DNA from: Lingula anatina
Lineage: Eukaryota > Animalia > Brachiopoda
Assembly (NCBI GenBank): GCA_051362555.1
Contig: CM120646.1
Span: 3,782,001-3,846,000 of the forward strand
Length of the DNA stretch: 64,000 nucleotides
Reading direction: 5' to 3'
Made by a program: the position numbers and the translations under genes. The notes under the pieces were generated by a model that worked only from the letters and a program-made list of their open reading frames with translations, ran no database searches and was not told the origin of the DNA. Each line of letters opens with the position of its first letter. Within the stretch, counting starts at the first letter, position 1. Positions 1-14,197 of this stretch are shown here, one piece after another.

Positions 1-416
1 ACTTCACTGGGCTGAAAACATCCTACGTAATATCCAACCGCCATTGCAAAATCTGGAAATTGGTGGATATTTGCATAAACACTCAATATATACTTCCGTG
101 AATAAAAATGGGAAGCAAAAATTGGAAATACCGTCTGTTTTAATATTTTACCAAGAGTCAAATACAAGATTATGCAATAGCATTATGAATTACCTTTGTC
201 AAAATATCTGTTCTCCGGCCTAGTTAAATTGGTCATTCCCAATAATTGTATATGTATGGGCATTATATTTTCGTAAATTACATTGCAAGGCCCCCAGCCC
301 ATATTTTATTTAACGTGTCAAGGGCTATTCCAAGTCTATATATATGTAATAAAGGTATGTGTTTTCCCCCAATATAACGCCTCATTTAATTAAGACGCAA
401 AAAGAAAAAATAATCA

Positions 417-466
<50 letters not shown>

Positions 467-2531
467 AAACTATAATAAAATAATTGGCACCTTTAGTCAG
501 GGTATAGCCGGATCTGATGGCTGTTGCAGCGACCAGAGGAGAACCCCCGTCATACCAAAGTAGACGGCGACTTATATTATCCGGCAATGGTTCTTCTAAA
601 ACGGAAAAAGTCTCACAATCATGAAGCACATACACAAAACATGTAAGATACCTGAAAAAAGAGCATTTCGTTTCTAAAGAGACAACGTTTTTTTTTATTT
701 AGGATGCACGACGTTTCACTTTTTCACCATCATACAAGCTACATCACCAATAACGATACAGTTTACTCAAATTGACTGTACACTCAGATTCAAATGTACA
801 ATATTTCAATATTATGTCGAACGATTGCTCGTTATTTTTCTTATATAAAGGGTAAAAAAATTCTTACAATCCCCACACTGTTCAACAGTCTTAATGAAGA
901 ATAGAGAATAATGAAGGGAAAATAGGAAAGAATCCAAAAGCGTTACATTGATCTCATTGCTCATAATAGGATTAACTGTAAAATGAAACTTTAGAACTTT
1001 AAGAAGTATTCATTTAAAGTTTTCGTGTACGTGTACAATTAAAAATTTCCCCCATTATTCGTAATTTATTTTTTATTAAAGTTAAACTGAGGATGGTTGC
1101 ACAACTGCCCCACCTGTCAACTGATAAACTTTGTCCAAATTGTTTTTGTGTGGCTCCTAGCTAGTTTGCGTTAAGTTTGATACACGTTACAACTGAAACA
1201 GCAGTTATTAAATAGCTTCTATTCCATTGACTTTAATATAACTCACTCCGTTGTCCAGGCATTATAAAGTTGAGGTAGGGTGGGACATTGGAGAACAGAC
1301 TGGGTGTGAGTGCCGGCAGTAACGGCTCCGATACCTTGTCTGGAATCAGAATATATTTAAATATAGACAACTGATCAGATTATTAATTGACGCAAATATA
1401 TCATTACTAAAATGCTCAGTTCATCACTATAATGAGGTGATTCTTATACTTGTTTTGGGACAAAAATATTTTTATAGTGTATGTCAACAGTCTAAGAATG
1501 ATAAACCGAATATGCTGACCAAATTCAAATAAGACTCCTTCGTGTTCAGTTAACCTATTTCGGAACTTTACCTTTCACTGACGTCAAACTGACTTCTTCA
1601 CAGACACCTCCATTAGTTGCTGTGACACAGTCAATGAAAGTTTGGGCACTGTCACTTAAACCGTATGTTGCTCTTTTAGGACAATGCGCAGCAATGTGGG
1701 TCGAGCCTGAGCATTTGACTGCAAGAGAAACTGTTTAAAATAATTATATTTAATAAAAAAAAAGATAAATTACTTAACTGTGCAAATGCTGTCCCTAATT
1801 GATAAATACACGCGGCATGGAACCGAGGTGGGTTGTTATATTTCACAAACGATTTTTATGAATAACCTTGTAAGTGTTTTGTTTTTAATTCTGCCCGCAT
1901 AATTTACATATAATCATTTTAGCCGTGGATGACTGACCGCAGTAAAGTGAATACTCGAGATAGACCATGGCCCATATGCTACTTGCGTGAAGATATACAT
2001 GTAGGTGATTATGTTTTAGATTGACTAATATTGTATAAATACATGCTTTTGCTATACTACCGTACAGTATATAAATTAATTATCTACCAGCATCCCTTCA
2101 ACCATATTAACGTAGTAAATGATTAAGATCGGGTCCGAGTTATAGGTATTTCAGTTTAATCGGCTTTATACCAGAGCTAAAATGTTAACCTTAGCCATCT
2201 TCCCTACCTTTTTTTCAGTTTTTAGTTTTCAATTTACTTATCGAAATGCATTTAATCCATGTTACACAAAACAAAGTTTTATAACTAAAACACACGACGT
2301 GACACCTGGTAATAAAAATATTAACTACTGGCCTTGATTTACAAGTGCTTGCCCGTCTTTTCAAATAGCTTTCACAACCAGAAAACTTACACAGGTCAGG
2401 GAATAATAAAAGTTAAAAATACTTATGAAAGGAATTTATCAAACGGTCTACGTACCTGTTATGGAGATGGAAGATACCACCATCCAAATAGCCCACGTAG
2501 TCCAATTATTCAATAGAATCATGTCGTTCAT
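1..2531 (-). CDS. TTLL4-like ATP-grasp ligase, type A copy A1 (5' part; 3' end beyond the left edge), signal-peptide-like N-terminus
   Basis: GT-AG exons 2531-2456, 1718-1572, 1339-1247, 595-491, 52-<1 splice in frame: MNDMILLNNWTTWAIWMVVSSISITVKCSGSTHIAAHC...[17 protein letters not shown]...EPLPDNISRRLLWYDGGSPLVAATAIRSGYTLTK. Exon-for-exon paralogue of A2. The PSLFSNVPP and LPxxxRRLLW segments resemble the start of the TTLL4 core. Confidence 0.85.
418..464. repeat. (AAT)n microsatellite, intronic
   Basis: Perfect AAT run; produces the poly-Ile tail of ORF 414..635. Confidence 0.95.
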
Positions 2532-2644
2532 ATTTACTTCAAGGATACACTAACTGGTAGCTTGTCCCCGCGCGCTCTCATTTCACCTAATTGTGGTAAA
2601 TCTACGCCATCTATAAATCATGAGGCACCAGTGGAGCTCGGCTA

Positions 2645-2893
2645 GGGACTCATTCCCAATGAAAATATCGTTCCACGCAGATCGATCCAAGACTTTCGCT
2701 GATTGCGATTAGATAAGCGGATTAACACTAAACCACTTGTTTCCATCGCTTTCGTACAATCACCACCTTTTCTGTGGTCTAATCAATACCAGGAGATAGC
2801 GCATTTATATGGTAATCTGCTTGCATTTAGCGAGAGTCCCCTCGATGCTGGGTCGATCTACATGTAACCATAAATTCATTGGGAATGAGACCC
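2645..2893. mobile_element. MITE, possibly PIF/Harbinger (Tourist)-like, upstream of A1
   Basis: Terminal inverted repeats GGGACTCATTCCCAATGAA ... TTCATTGGGAATGAGACCC (1 mismatch), ~250 bp, no coding capacity. A related element lies at 13690-13925. Confidence 0.7.
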
Positions 2894-3794
2894 TAGGATG
2901 TGACCTTATAAGGCTTTCGTATGCGTATTCAGCCTTTTCTTTCATTTATGAAGAATTATCTATTTTAAACCATGTTTTATCACTAATTTTGATTTATTTA
3001 ATCTTATAGTTTGCTTTTTTTAAAAACGATGATGAAGGAATTAAATACCGGTAGCTGTTGTTCAAAAGTAAGCTTCATTTGTAGCAATTTTGCTGTGTAA
3101 GTTTTATGACACGTTACTCGACCTGCCTCCAGGCGTGGCCCAAGACGTGCCTCAGGGCGTGGCTCAGGGCAGGGCTTAAGGCGTGGTCTGGGCTCTTTGT
3201 GGACCACTGATTGTCAACACATTACTTTGAGTATGTACATTTATGTACGTTTCGAGAGAGAGAGAGAGAGAGAGAGAAACTACCGGTCTCTGTAGATCGA
3301 TGCAACTATCGATGGATGCAATCAGATAAACAGATTAACAAAAGTGTCTATGCATAACCCTGATGACAAGTATATCAACATAATTTCAACATCACTTTAA
3401 TAGTCTTCGAGGAGATATTGGAATTTATTACCGGACAGACGAATGAACAAATGGGCGCATGCGCACGGATGGGCATGATAACATGATCCCCGACATCTGT
3501 CACAGAAATGCGGGAATAAAGTATAAGTTTCAGTGCCATTTATTTACACATTACATACTGTTCCCTTTTTTGCTTCATAATACCTTTCAAGTCACGTTTA
3601 GTTATGATTATTAGCGCCATGTAGCTATTTATTTGTTATGCACTTTAGTTCTTCATGTTGTTTACTTCCACAGTTTCAAACCACATGTTCAGTCAAGATT
3701 ACCAACCAACAGTGCAAGATCCACTAGAGCTGCGGCAATAAGATAATCCCCAAAGAAGCTAAAGCATTGATGTTGAACATCCGTTGTTTCATCT

Positions 3795-6700
3795 TTAGTC
3801 TGCAAGGTGCTTTAGATCTTTACAATGAGCTTCCACTAGAGATATGCCCTCAGTTTCGTTTTTATGGAATCGTTTTAACCACTGGTGAATTAGAATATTG
3901 TGGTACCTGTAAAATAAATATTTCTTACGGTCCCTAAAATAAAAAATTGTGTTTTCAAGCAAAACAGCGTTACTGAATAGTTTCGTTCAATTAAATCCCA
4001 CAATAAATGTAATATACATTTGCCTATAGCCCAGAAAACGAACGAAATTTCCCCTTTTCAGTTAAAAAATGTTTAAAAAAAAAAGCTTCTCAACTGAACC
4101 AGGTCCAGTAATGGACGAATGCATCCCAGATAATTTACGCCACAACCAAACGGTAGGGTAGATATTTTCTTCTGCTTCGACAAATATTGCTAAAATCACC
4201 GCCAGATTGGACCTCTTCGAAAACAACTCGATACCTTACCTCGGCTTTTGGAAAAACTGGAAATATTTGTCTGTGTCTAATCTTGGGAAGATCCTGTCGA
4301 ATCCTCCCCGCCTGCTGTTCTCGTCTATGGTGTCAACGAGGACCCGGATGTCATCCGGTGTTAAATTGTCCAGGATAGTAGACAGAATCGTCTGGAAAAT
4401 CAAAAAAAATATTGGGACAATGCAAGTGATCAGATCTACACTGGAACACGTTTGTTCAGTTTCGCACCCGGGACTTAGAAAACAACAAAGTAACAAGATT
4501 GAAACGACCCAGAAAAAGAGCACATAAAATCACATATCCAGATATTCAATATGATGAAAACCTTACAATTTGTAACACTGTAACTCTTGGCAGCAAAATG
4601 GATGACACGGAATTATTTTATGTCAGATATACAGTAAAATCCTAAACGTGATGCGAAGGCCTTCTTTCACATTTTTTAAAATGGCGTTCTGTTTGTCAAA
4701 AAAACCTTGAACCCCACTTCAATCTGTGCTGCATAGACATGAGTTCGATAAAATACAAACCTCGTTCTTGTAGTTATCACAATAATATTTCTGTTTTGCT
4801 TTCTCTTCGCCAGACAACGTTTGTGACCACCACCGTTTGTCCAGCAGTAAGTGGTCAGGAACGTCAGACCCACTGGAATAGAAGTATTCGGCTTTCTTCA
4901 CCATGATACAAATGCAAATTCCCTCTTTATAATCTAGGCGTATTTTCCCTTTCGAGTCATGACATTTTTGCCCCTGACAATAGAGAGCCTTCCCCAAGAT
5001 GAACGATCGAAACGTGATGCTTCATACACTGTAAAAACAGTGTTTAGCTCTGAGACACATTTCTAAGCGCCTGTTTTGTCTCATTTTTTCCACGCGTGTA
5101 GCACCTAAGCACGTTTAGCCTATTAACATGTTACACGCTTTGACGTGCTTGACGCCTAATAAATGTAGGGTGTATTTGTTTAACTTTAAGGTTGTAACGT
5201 TTTCAACTGTTTCAGTCAATCTCTCACACACACACGCGCGCGCGCGAAGTCACGGTCACCTTTAACTGCTATAGCTATCTCTATCTATAACAGGGTACCG
5301 TGAACTGTCAACATAGTTGATTCACACCATCATCTTTACAGCGGGACTTATTCATCTTTGTGTTAGCTGACCTTGCGAGGAAATTAATTGGAATATATTT
5401 CTGAAAAACAAGTTAGGAAAATACACTAGTTTACTAAAGACTAAAAACAACTATCACTTTTACTTTAAAACATTTTTTTCATATTTTGATAAAATGCGTT
5501 AAGGTATTGATGTTCATTTATTTTTTCCGGAAGTAATGAACAATAGAACATCAGGATGATGGTGGGGTATTCATTATAATGGTTTTATTTAAGCTTTCAT
5601 CACATGCTGGTTATTTTGGTAACGATAGTCCGAATATTTTTCAAATCGCACCGCTCTAGTCGCCGACTAACCCAAGCCCATTTTGGAATTAACCGCTAAC
5701 TGTAGTTCATACAGCATAAGACGTGTTTTGGTGATTAATAAAAAAAGGTTCAAAACATTAAATTATGTTTTTCCAGAATGTTATAAAACGCTTATAAAAC
5801 TGCAAGGACATCATTTTGCATGGAGTTAAAAACACCCATAACGTTACCATGACGTTATTCTATACCATCACCATCATGTAACCAGCTGATAACGTCGTGA
5901 AAACGTTATTTGTTATTTGGATTATTACTTTATAGGCCTATTTTAAATAAGCACACGTTACTGCAAGGAAGGACACAACGCATTCGAGCAGGCTGCTTCT
6001 CGCCTCCAACTGCCCCATATGTTTACAAAGGGAAGTGTTAAGCAAAATTTTTGAGTCTTGTAATAAACTTGTTATGGGATCGTATATATGGGATTGTGAA
6101 GCATTTTTTTCTGTGACGAGCTTGAAAAGCTAAACATGTTGTTTAGCAGCTCCACGCGTTAAGGAATTCCACACCTATAGCAGCTCCATATGTTTAGCAG
6201 CCTCACGCGCTTAGCAGAGGAAGTGCTTAGCCAATGTGCTTAGCTTGTGATAGACTTGTTATAGAATCATATGCCGGTGAAGCTAAACACATAGCTAAAC
6301 GTGTAACAATGCCAACGTGTCTAGCTTTTTCTTCTGTGAAACGTTTGAAAAGCTATACGCGTTTAGCATTTACACAGATTTCTAAATGCGTATAGGTGCC
6401 TAACGTGTGTTGTATGTATTTAAATGCTAAACACTGTTTTTACAATGTAGGTATTATATATTTAGTCATTTTTAGAAACCACTTTTACCATCATTACGCT
6501 TGAGACAGCGAATTGTTTGTATTGTAGCAATGAGGATATTAAGAACAGATCAATATGCAATGTGATAAATGTTTACATTTTTTTCTATTACTACTAGATA
6601 ACTTGTAAGTCGTTTTCAATAGAGGCTGTCATTTAAACACAATTCATAAATATAGTAAGCTTTACCAACAAATGAAGAACAGTTTGTAGCTAGTTCAAGT

Positions 6701-9700
6701 TAAAATATCCCAGTATTATGAGAAGATGATTTACACAGTTGTCCAGAGCGGAATGTCTTACCTAGTGTTACTATTCTCTTTGTCTGTACTCTGATCACCA
6801 GGAATTCTGAACCCGGCCAAATTCAGCATGTCCTTGGCCATAGGGTCATTGACCGGGCGGAAGTGACCGGAGTGTGGGTATAACCTGTATAATGTAAAGG
6901 AGTAGATTCATTCAGTAAGTCTGATATCAAAAGATACATCGTAGCCGATGAAAGTCTCAAAATAAGCTTCTTAATACCCTGTGTGCCGAGGTTGCGACCA
7001 CGTGGAATACTAATTTTTGTCGACTTTCACATCCTTAAAAGTTAAGTTGGGGCTTTGACAATAATTGAAAGCCAACATCAAATTCATTCATCAGAGTTAA
7101 ATAACTTTAAATATTACAGCCCTTTTCTTTTATTACATATTTTGAAAAACTCTTACCCAGGTGCTATGTTGACCTCTAGGACCCAAGGCTTCAAGTTCTG
7201 GTCCAGAAGTATATCAAAACCGAACAGCTCATGCCCGCTGTATTTGCTCTGCAGGTAAATTTGTACTCCCTCATTTATCTCGGACTCTCCGCTGTTTTGA
7301 GGGAAAAACAACAGTTACTTTATGCATACGAACAATGGGATTTTATGGAAGAGAGAGCATGACCTTTTTCGAAACATACTTCTTGTTAGCAGCTGTTAAT
7401 GAAAGAACTGGCCACTAAAACTGTAAATGCGTGTGGGGCTATTGAAACAAAGTAAATATAAATCCTGGAAGATATGGGAAAAAACTTACCTACTTTTGGG
7501 CATGGCTAATTTTCATTTACTGCGAATATAGCAGACTTTACAATTTCAAACGCCAAACAAGGATACCCTATTTGTTTTCCATCGCATATAGGTCATTGTC
7601 ATAGCTCCAAAATAGTTCATTGTCTAAGTTTCAAAATTACGTAGCTTAATTCACCGTTAGTATTATATAAAGATTCATCTCTTACTCATACTTATGTAAG
7701 ATACATGTTACATTCTTTTAGGTTTGTTCGATTCCAATTCACTTCCTCATACACAGCAATGTTTTCGTATGAGATGGTGCCAGAGAGGTAAACGGGTGAA
7801 TTTACCTGATAATCGTTTTAAGGACGATATCTTTGATTTCCTCCCATATTGGCATCCAGTAGGTCCCGTTGTTTGTTTTAAGATATTCCTTTAATGCACT
7901 TAGTGACCTGAAGAAGAGAACACTATTCGTAGGCAAGCACAGGGAAATACAAATTCTTTTTTTACAAGGTTGCATCATTAAATGTTTGATAAAAAAGAAA
8001 ATAATGATAATAATAAAGAGACACTTATGTTTGACCAAAAAAAGCAATAACGAATTAGTTCAAAATATGCAGCCTCATCAATTTATGATGCTGGTGACCC
8101 CATAGTTAAAGTCCAAAAGGATGCCAAACCTGTGTAAACGTACTATTTCTTTATGTTGAACATGCTACCAAACATTGACTTACAGCAGTGAAATGGATAA
8201 ATCGTTACCTTTTGTGTCCTGTTTTCAGTGAATAATCCAATGTATATTCCGGATTCTTGGCGTTTACCTCAATATTGGTGAGGTGGACCATAGTGTCAAG
8301 GTCGTCCGTTGAAAACCTAGATAAGAAATGATATAATATTGAATTAAGTCATGATACATGTAAATGCGTACACTTTCATTCGCTTAGACTTTCCATTAAT
8401 TTAATAAGTCTACATCACAGTGCATCGCATACAGTCTATTTTTTACAAGAACAACAACAACAGTTACATACTTCTTTGTAGCAAACTTGACCACACCATC
8501 AGGGTACAGGTACACTCTTAGTGGGTTTATACTGGGGACGTAGGCGTAGATCCTCATGTCAAACTTATAACCATCTATGAGGTAAGGATTGGATATATAT
8601 CTGGAAGTGAATAAAACCAAGGTGTTATAAGACAGAAATCGACGATGTATCACGATGAGGTAGGTAGAAGCAATGATTATTGTTTTAACAAGTTTTTTAA
8701 TTTTAAATAGAAAAGTAAATATACTGTACGTGACGTGCACCTCTTGAATTTTCAAAGTGTTTTTCTCATAAAACAATTCATTAAAATTACTTATACCAAC
8801 TATTTTACACACACAAAAACATAGGCACACAAGCACACACACACCAACGCACGAACGAACACACACACCAGCCAAAAGTTTTACTGTTGACAAGATAACA
8901 TTCTACCTTTGTACCACAATCCTGGTGTAAGCAGGGATCTCTTCCTGTCGTCGTATCACTTCAATGCCCCTTCCTCCATGAAAACATGGCTTCCCATAGA
9001 CAAAAACATTATTTGGTGTAGATAAGTGTGATATTTATGATATAACTCCCACCCCACCACATTCGACATTAAATATTACATTACATTGCATTGCACTGCA
9101 CTGCACTGCACTGCACTGCACTGCACTGCATTACATTACATTACATTACATTACATTACATTAAATACAGTTATATCCTCTCGTCAAAACCTTGCCTACG
9201 ATTGCATATGCATGGATACGGTAAATTTTATCTTACAGGTTTAAGAATCCACAGATTGCCCTTCTGCTTGCTACCCCATGCTTTCTTGAGTAAGTCGGTT
9301 TCCTCTGGAAGGAGAAAGGTCGGTGGGAGAAAATCAAAGTTCTTTCTGCCATGTGCTTTCTTCATTTTGCGCACAGCGAGCTCCAGTCTGTCCTTGCAGC
9401 CAATACTCCAACTGCCTGGGAAGTGATTATACTGAAACATAACGTTATTTTATCTATTCCCTTAAAATATGCTTTTACATTGAATGTGCATTTTGCAATG
9501 CGTTTTAAAACTATAGTGACGATTGTCAAATATGTCCACAATAAGATTAATGTTCGTTTACAATTGCAATCAAGGTACTTAATTGTATTGGGAGACTATG
9601 TGAAAGTCGGTTTAGAGGCTGCAACTTTGTGTTTTTCAGTGTTTCTATCGGTTTGTCCAATCTTTTATATCTTATGAACTTTTCAATATTTTAAATCCTT

Positions 9701-12700
9701 TAGTACGTTTAAAACATACGATATGGTGTGTGCACAATTAGGGACAGTGGTACAGGTGACATGCTTGGAAGAGAAAGATGTATGAGATAGGTAAGAATAG
9801 GCCTACTAGTATTGTTTTTATCAGAACAGAGTGGTAGGCCTCCCTACAGGATAATCTTAAATTTTCTCAAGATTTTATCCCTTATTCCTTAAATCACCGA
9901 GTTATACCAGACCAAAGATATACAGAATCTATACAGGATCACAGTCTATACACTCGATTTTGAGTCTCAAAATTCTAGCTTTGAGTCATGCTAGAAATGG
10001 TGAAATGGTGAATTGCATTCGTGATGATAAATAATAGAGATTTGGAGCTAAAAAAAACTGGATAAATTATATAAAGAAAATTTTCTCATCATACCTTAGT
10101 TGGTAAAGGTAGTTAATTAGCAGTAATTTCCAGTAGACTGACATATTCTATTTAGACATCTACATATACATACCTAGGGATGTTATATGACCGTGGCGAT
10201 ATGATGATCACTGAAGCTTGTCCATTTAGCCAAGCTTCAGTGAAGATCGAGGGCAACCTCGAGCCGCTACCCAAAAAATGTCTCGCTTCACTCGACATTC
10301 CTGCGTAGCGTTTCTCGGAAAACTCGGATTTAACCTCGATGTAGTCTAGAATTTCACGACCACATCTTGGTTAAATCAGTCGAGGTATCTTAAATGCTGA
10401 AAGCCAAAGACAGAGTGATCATGTGACCTTCTTGGCATCAAGAGAATAGTGACGTTGCTTACGTTATATGGGGTCAAACGGCTGAAAGGTCATACTGGGT
10501 GAAAGTTGGGGGACAATTCAACACCCAGCTAGAGACAGAGAGGAGTGGAGGACCTTTGTTGACGCCCTAGACGCCCAACGGCGTAATAGGAGATAGTAGT
10601 AGTAGTAGTTACGTTATATACCTACCAGTAGACAAATTTAAAATCTCTCACACTCTTAAATAAATTAGCATAAACTTTTCACGTTTAACAATTATTATTT
10701 ATCATTTTATTACAATAAGTCATATCATATGGGTATGGTTTGAAAACGGGAATTAGTTTACATTTAAGCCTCACGTGTATACAAATTATTTGTAAATCTA
10801 TAACTTTTTAACGAGGGTTGTGTTATTTACCTTTTGTTTTTAAGCTGTTCATTCCTCCTCTTTATCAGATATATCGGTAAAAATCAAATGTATTCCCCCT
10901 TTGAACTTGTAATTACATGTAGCACATGAATGCTATGAAAACCAGCACATGTATATTCCGAAACCGTCTCGTAGCAAAAAATGTCACCAAAACGTAGAAT
11001 TATTACTCCTGTGGACTTGAAATAAACATCCGTTTGATTTTGACTATATTCCCTAACCGCTTCGTCGTCAGAAATAACAATAAAAAAACTAGAATTATTA
11101 CTCCCGTGAACTTGTAATAAACATCCGTCGATTTTGACTATATTCCGAAACTGCCTCGTTGTCAGAAATATCACCAAAAAGTAAATTTCTTTCTCCTTTG
11201 CACTTGTGAAAAATAAGTTTGACTATATTCCGGTCCGACGCTCCTTTCTTATCAGAAATGTCACTAAAAAGGAGAGGTTTTGCCTTGGGACCTTTTTTCC
11301 GCAGCAGTCCCAGCTAGGTGTGGCTCAGCTGAGACGCGCATGGTCAGTGTCGACGGTTGATTAAATACCTTTCAAGCCAGATGAACGTCCACGACAAGTA
11401 TTTAGCAAAAATTGACCAAATTGGTCAGACATTACGTAAGAATTTGGCGGGAGGTGACTAAGCGCACGTGGACGAGTTTACTCCGTATAACATCTCTAGA
11501 GCGTGATATAGGGTCACTTTATTCGGTTTTAGGGGTGTTTTAGGATGAAATGACTTCTTTTTTCTCGGTATGTATGTCAAATAATACACTGTCACCCTCT
11601 TGCGATATATGCCATGAAGTTATGGCATATATCGCTCGGGTGACAGTGTATTGTCTCACACGTAGCTCGGACCACATGCTTTTAAAATTGTAAGATATTA
11701 TATACAAAAGTTTGGGCAAATGTTCACCTTTTGACTGGGTCTCAAATTCTGGAACTTGTAGGTTTCACTGGGTTGTAAACATCCTACGTAATATCCAACT
11801 GCCAGAGAGAAATCTGGAAATAAATAGTAATAATAATTATATATTTAAGTATGGATTCAAAATTACGTGCACATACATGTATGCGCATTGGTTAAATATG
11901 AAGAGTAAAAATGCTGTCCATTTTAAACTTTGACCAAGAATCCAATGCACTATTATTGAATAGCGTTTTGAATTACGACCGCGAGACATGTTCTCCGGCC
12001 TATTACCGATTCATGTTAAATTGCCCATTTCCAATAATGGTATATAGTTTCCCAAATACAATATTATGACTTATTTTATGAAGATGCTAAAAAGAAGAAA
12101 CCAGCTAGACAGAAAATACAATGGAAGAAAAATCTCAGCGAAAATTTTAAAAACTTATTCATAAGATAAAATAATACTCTATGAAGACTATGGGTACTTT
12201 TAGTCAGGGAGTAGCCGGATCTGATGGCTGTTGCAGAGACGAGAGGGGAACCCCCGTCATACCAAAGTAGACGACGACCTATATTCTCCGGAAATGGTTC
12301 TTCTAAAACGGAAAGAAGTCTTACTATCATAAGAAGAATACATTAAAGAGAAAAGATACCAGTAAAGGATCCTCAGCATTTTGATTCTAATGAGACCTAA
12401 CGTATTTTTTATCAAGATGAATGACGTCTTCACTATTATACAAAAAAAAATCACAAAAAAAAACGATATATACGATTCACTCAAATTGAATATTCATCCC
12501 AATTCATATATACAATATTTCAGTATTATGACACGTGATTCCCGATTTTTCGTAATTTACTTATTAAAGCTACACTGAAGATGGTTGCACATCTGCCCTG
12601 CCTGCCTACTGTTAAAAATCCTATTTGCTTTGTTTTCGTGTTGCTCCTAGTTTGTGTCATGTAACAACTGAAATAGCTTCTTTGATATAACTCACTCTGT

Positions 12701-13484
12701 TGTCCAGGCATTATAAAGTTGATGTAGGGTGGGACATTGGAGAACAGGCTGGGTGTGAGTGCCGGCAGTAACGGCCCCGATACCTTGTCTGGAATCAGAA
12801 TATATAAAATATTTATACAACTGATGAGATTATTAATTGAAGCATACGCAACATGACTAAAATGCTCAGTTTACTAATGCCAGTTAACTGGCAAAAAATA
12901 TTATTTGAAGGGTATTGGATATACTACACGTATACTACATGATTGAAACCAAATATGTTGACAAAATCCAAAAAGGATCTCTTTGAATTTAGTTAAACGT
13001 TTTCAGGAGTTAACCTTTAACAGACTTCAATCTGACTTCTGCACAGATACCTCCATTAGTTGATGACAGTGTGACACAGTCAATGAAAGTTTGTGAACTG
13101 TCACTTAATCCATATGGCCCTTTTGGAGTTTGTTTTAGACAATGTACATCTGCTTGGGTCGAGTCTGAGCAATTGACTGCAAACGAAATTGTTTAAAATT
13201 ATTTTCAATAAAAAAGAAAAAAATGACATAATTGTACAAATGCTGTCCCTATCAGAGAAATACATGCTGTATGGAATCGACATGGGTGGTTAAATTTCAC
13301 ACACGGTTGTTATAACTTACCATTTTTAGCGTTTTGTCAAAATACAGTAACAAAAACGTCCTTATTTCAAGAGGTATATTTCAAAATAGAAATACAGAGA
13401 TGAGATACCTGTATTATAGCTGTGGTCGCAGAAAATCATAAATATCAGCACAGCCGATGTTGTCCACCCCTTCTTCCCAGCCAT
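3795..13484 (-). CDS. TTLL4-like ATP-grasp ligase, type A copy A2, 15 coding exons, 590 aa, signal-peptide-like N-terminus
   Basis: Exons 13484-13409, 13176-13015, 12788-12696, 12302-12198, 11813-11728, 9431-9237, 8989-8907, 8600-8472, 8316-8209, 7907-7806, 7291-7157, 6884-6762, 4872-4761, 4391-4240, 3906-3795 total 1773 nt in frame. TTL-family motifs: [70 protein letters not shown]4-type tail LDNLTPDDIRVLV...RRGGFDRIFP...PRYHNILIHQW. The acceptor at 8990 is weak but gives the same 83-nt exon as in type B. Confidence 0.9.
5027..6447. mobile_element. Non-autonomous CACTA/EnSpm-type DNA transposon in A2 intron 12
   Basis: TIRs CACTGTAAAAACAGTGTTTAGC ... GCTAAACACTGTTTTTACAATG flanked by TA on both sides (5025-26, 6448-49); many subterminal GCTAAACRCGT-like repeats; no long ORF. 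Confidence 0.75.
9075..9162. repeat. Compound pentanucleotide microsatellite (CATTA)n/(CACTG)n
   Basis: Directly visible in A2 intron 6; generates the MHCTALHCTALH ORF. Confidence 0.9.
10950..11270. repeat. Degenerate ~90-bp tandem repeat, about 3.5 copies, in A2 intron 5
   Basis: TATATTCC...CAGAAAT.TCACCAAAAA.GTAGAATT...ACTTG.AATAAACATCCGT recurs at ~10953, 11045, 11139 and 11224. Confidence 0.7.
11583..11652. repeat. Near-perfect hairpin, probably part of a non-autonomous DNA element
   Basis: AATACACTGTCACCC..GCGATATATGCCAT-gaagtt-ATGGCATATATCGC..GGGTGACAGTGTATT. A similar ACACTGTCACCC-bounded inverted repeat occurs in the type B spacers (~24505-24680, 33280-33440, 42932-43090). Confidence 0.65.
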
Positions 13485-13689
13485 GCTTTTTGCTGTCGGT
13501 GCATTGGCCTAATTTATCTGACCTGAGGCTTAATATTGTACGATCGTTGGTGCTATATACAGGTGTGAACATTATTAACGACATTCCAAGCACTGTAGGT
13601 CTCTTGGGTAGTCAATACTATGTGGACAACAATCCGCTCGATGTGTATTTAAGTGGTCTTGTGTAACCGCAGAATGGTGGGAAGAGTTA

Positions 13690-13925
13690 GAGCCCATTCC
13701 AGATGAAACTTTCGTTCTACGTAGATCAATCCAATGCAATCACTATTAACACGCCTCCTCCTGGCGTTGATTAGAACACCAAAAAGTTGGTGATTATAAA
13801 CGAGTACGTTGGAAATAAAAGGAGGCGTGTTGATCTTCTAATCTGATTGTATTCAGCGAGGGTCTCCGCGGACTTGGATCGATATACATGACGTGGAGTG
13901 ATACTTTCATTGGGAATGAAACCTG
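13690..13925. mobile_element. Degenerate MITE related to 2645-2893, upstream of A2
   Basis: Starts GAGCCCATTCCAGATGAAA..TCGTTCTACGTAGATC and ends TTTCATTGGGAATGAAACC; similar to both ends of the 2645-2893 element. Confidence 0.6.
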
Positions 13926-14166
13926 ACGGAATGTGGTAAGTAGTTTTCCTTGGTTTGTTTTACAGCCAGGCACCCGTGCAGTTTGGGTCAGCATCTTCTT
14001 GTTGTTCGTATAATTCTATTCGGTTGAGTGAAGTGAATTAGATTGGAATTATTTTCTTCTAGGTAGAGGCACTGTATATATTGTGCTAGTTGTTTTATTT
14101 GGAAGAGTAGTGGGTAAGTTACGACAGGTGTTCATTCGACCAGTTAGTGTAGTCCAGTCGACACGT

Positions 14167-14197
<31 letters not shown>

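Noticed and set aside
596-651. Alternative upstream acceptor at 652 for A1 exon 4
   Set aside because: Wrong phase. The acceptor at 596 gives the 105-nt exon seen in all six paralogues.
3120-3200. GC-rich 12-bp repeat ORF (EPRPRLKPCPEPRPEA)
   Set aside because: Short degenerate intergenic repeat with no splice or homology support for coding.
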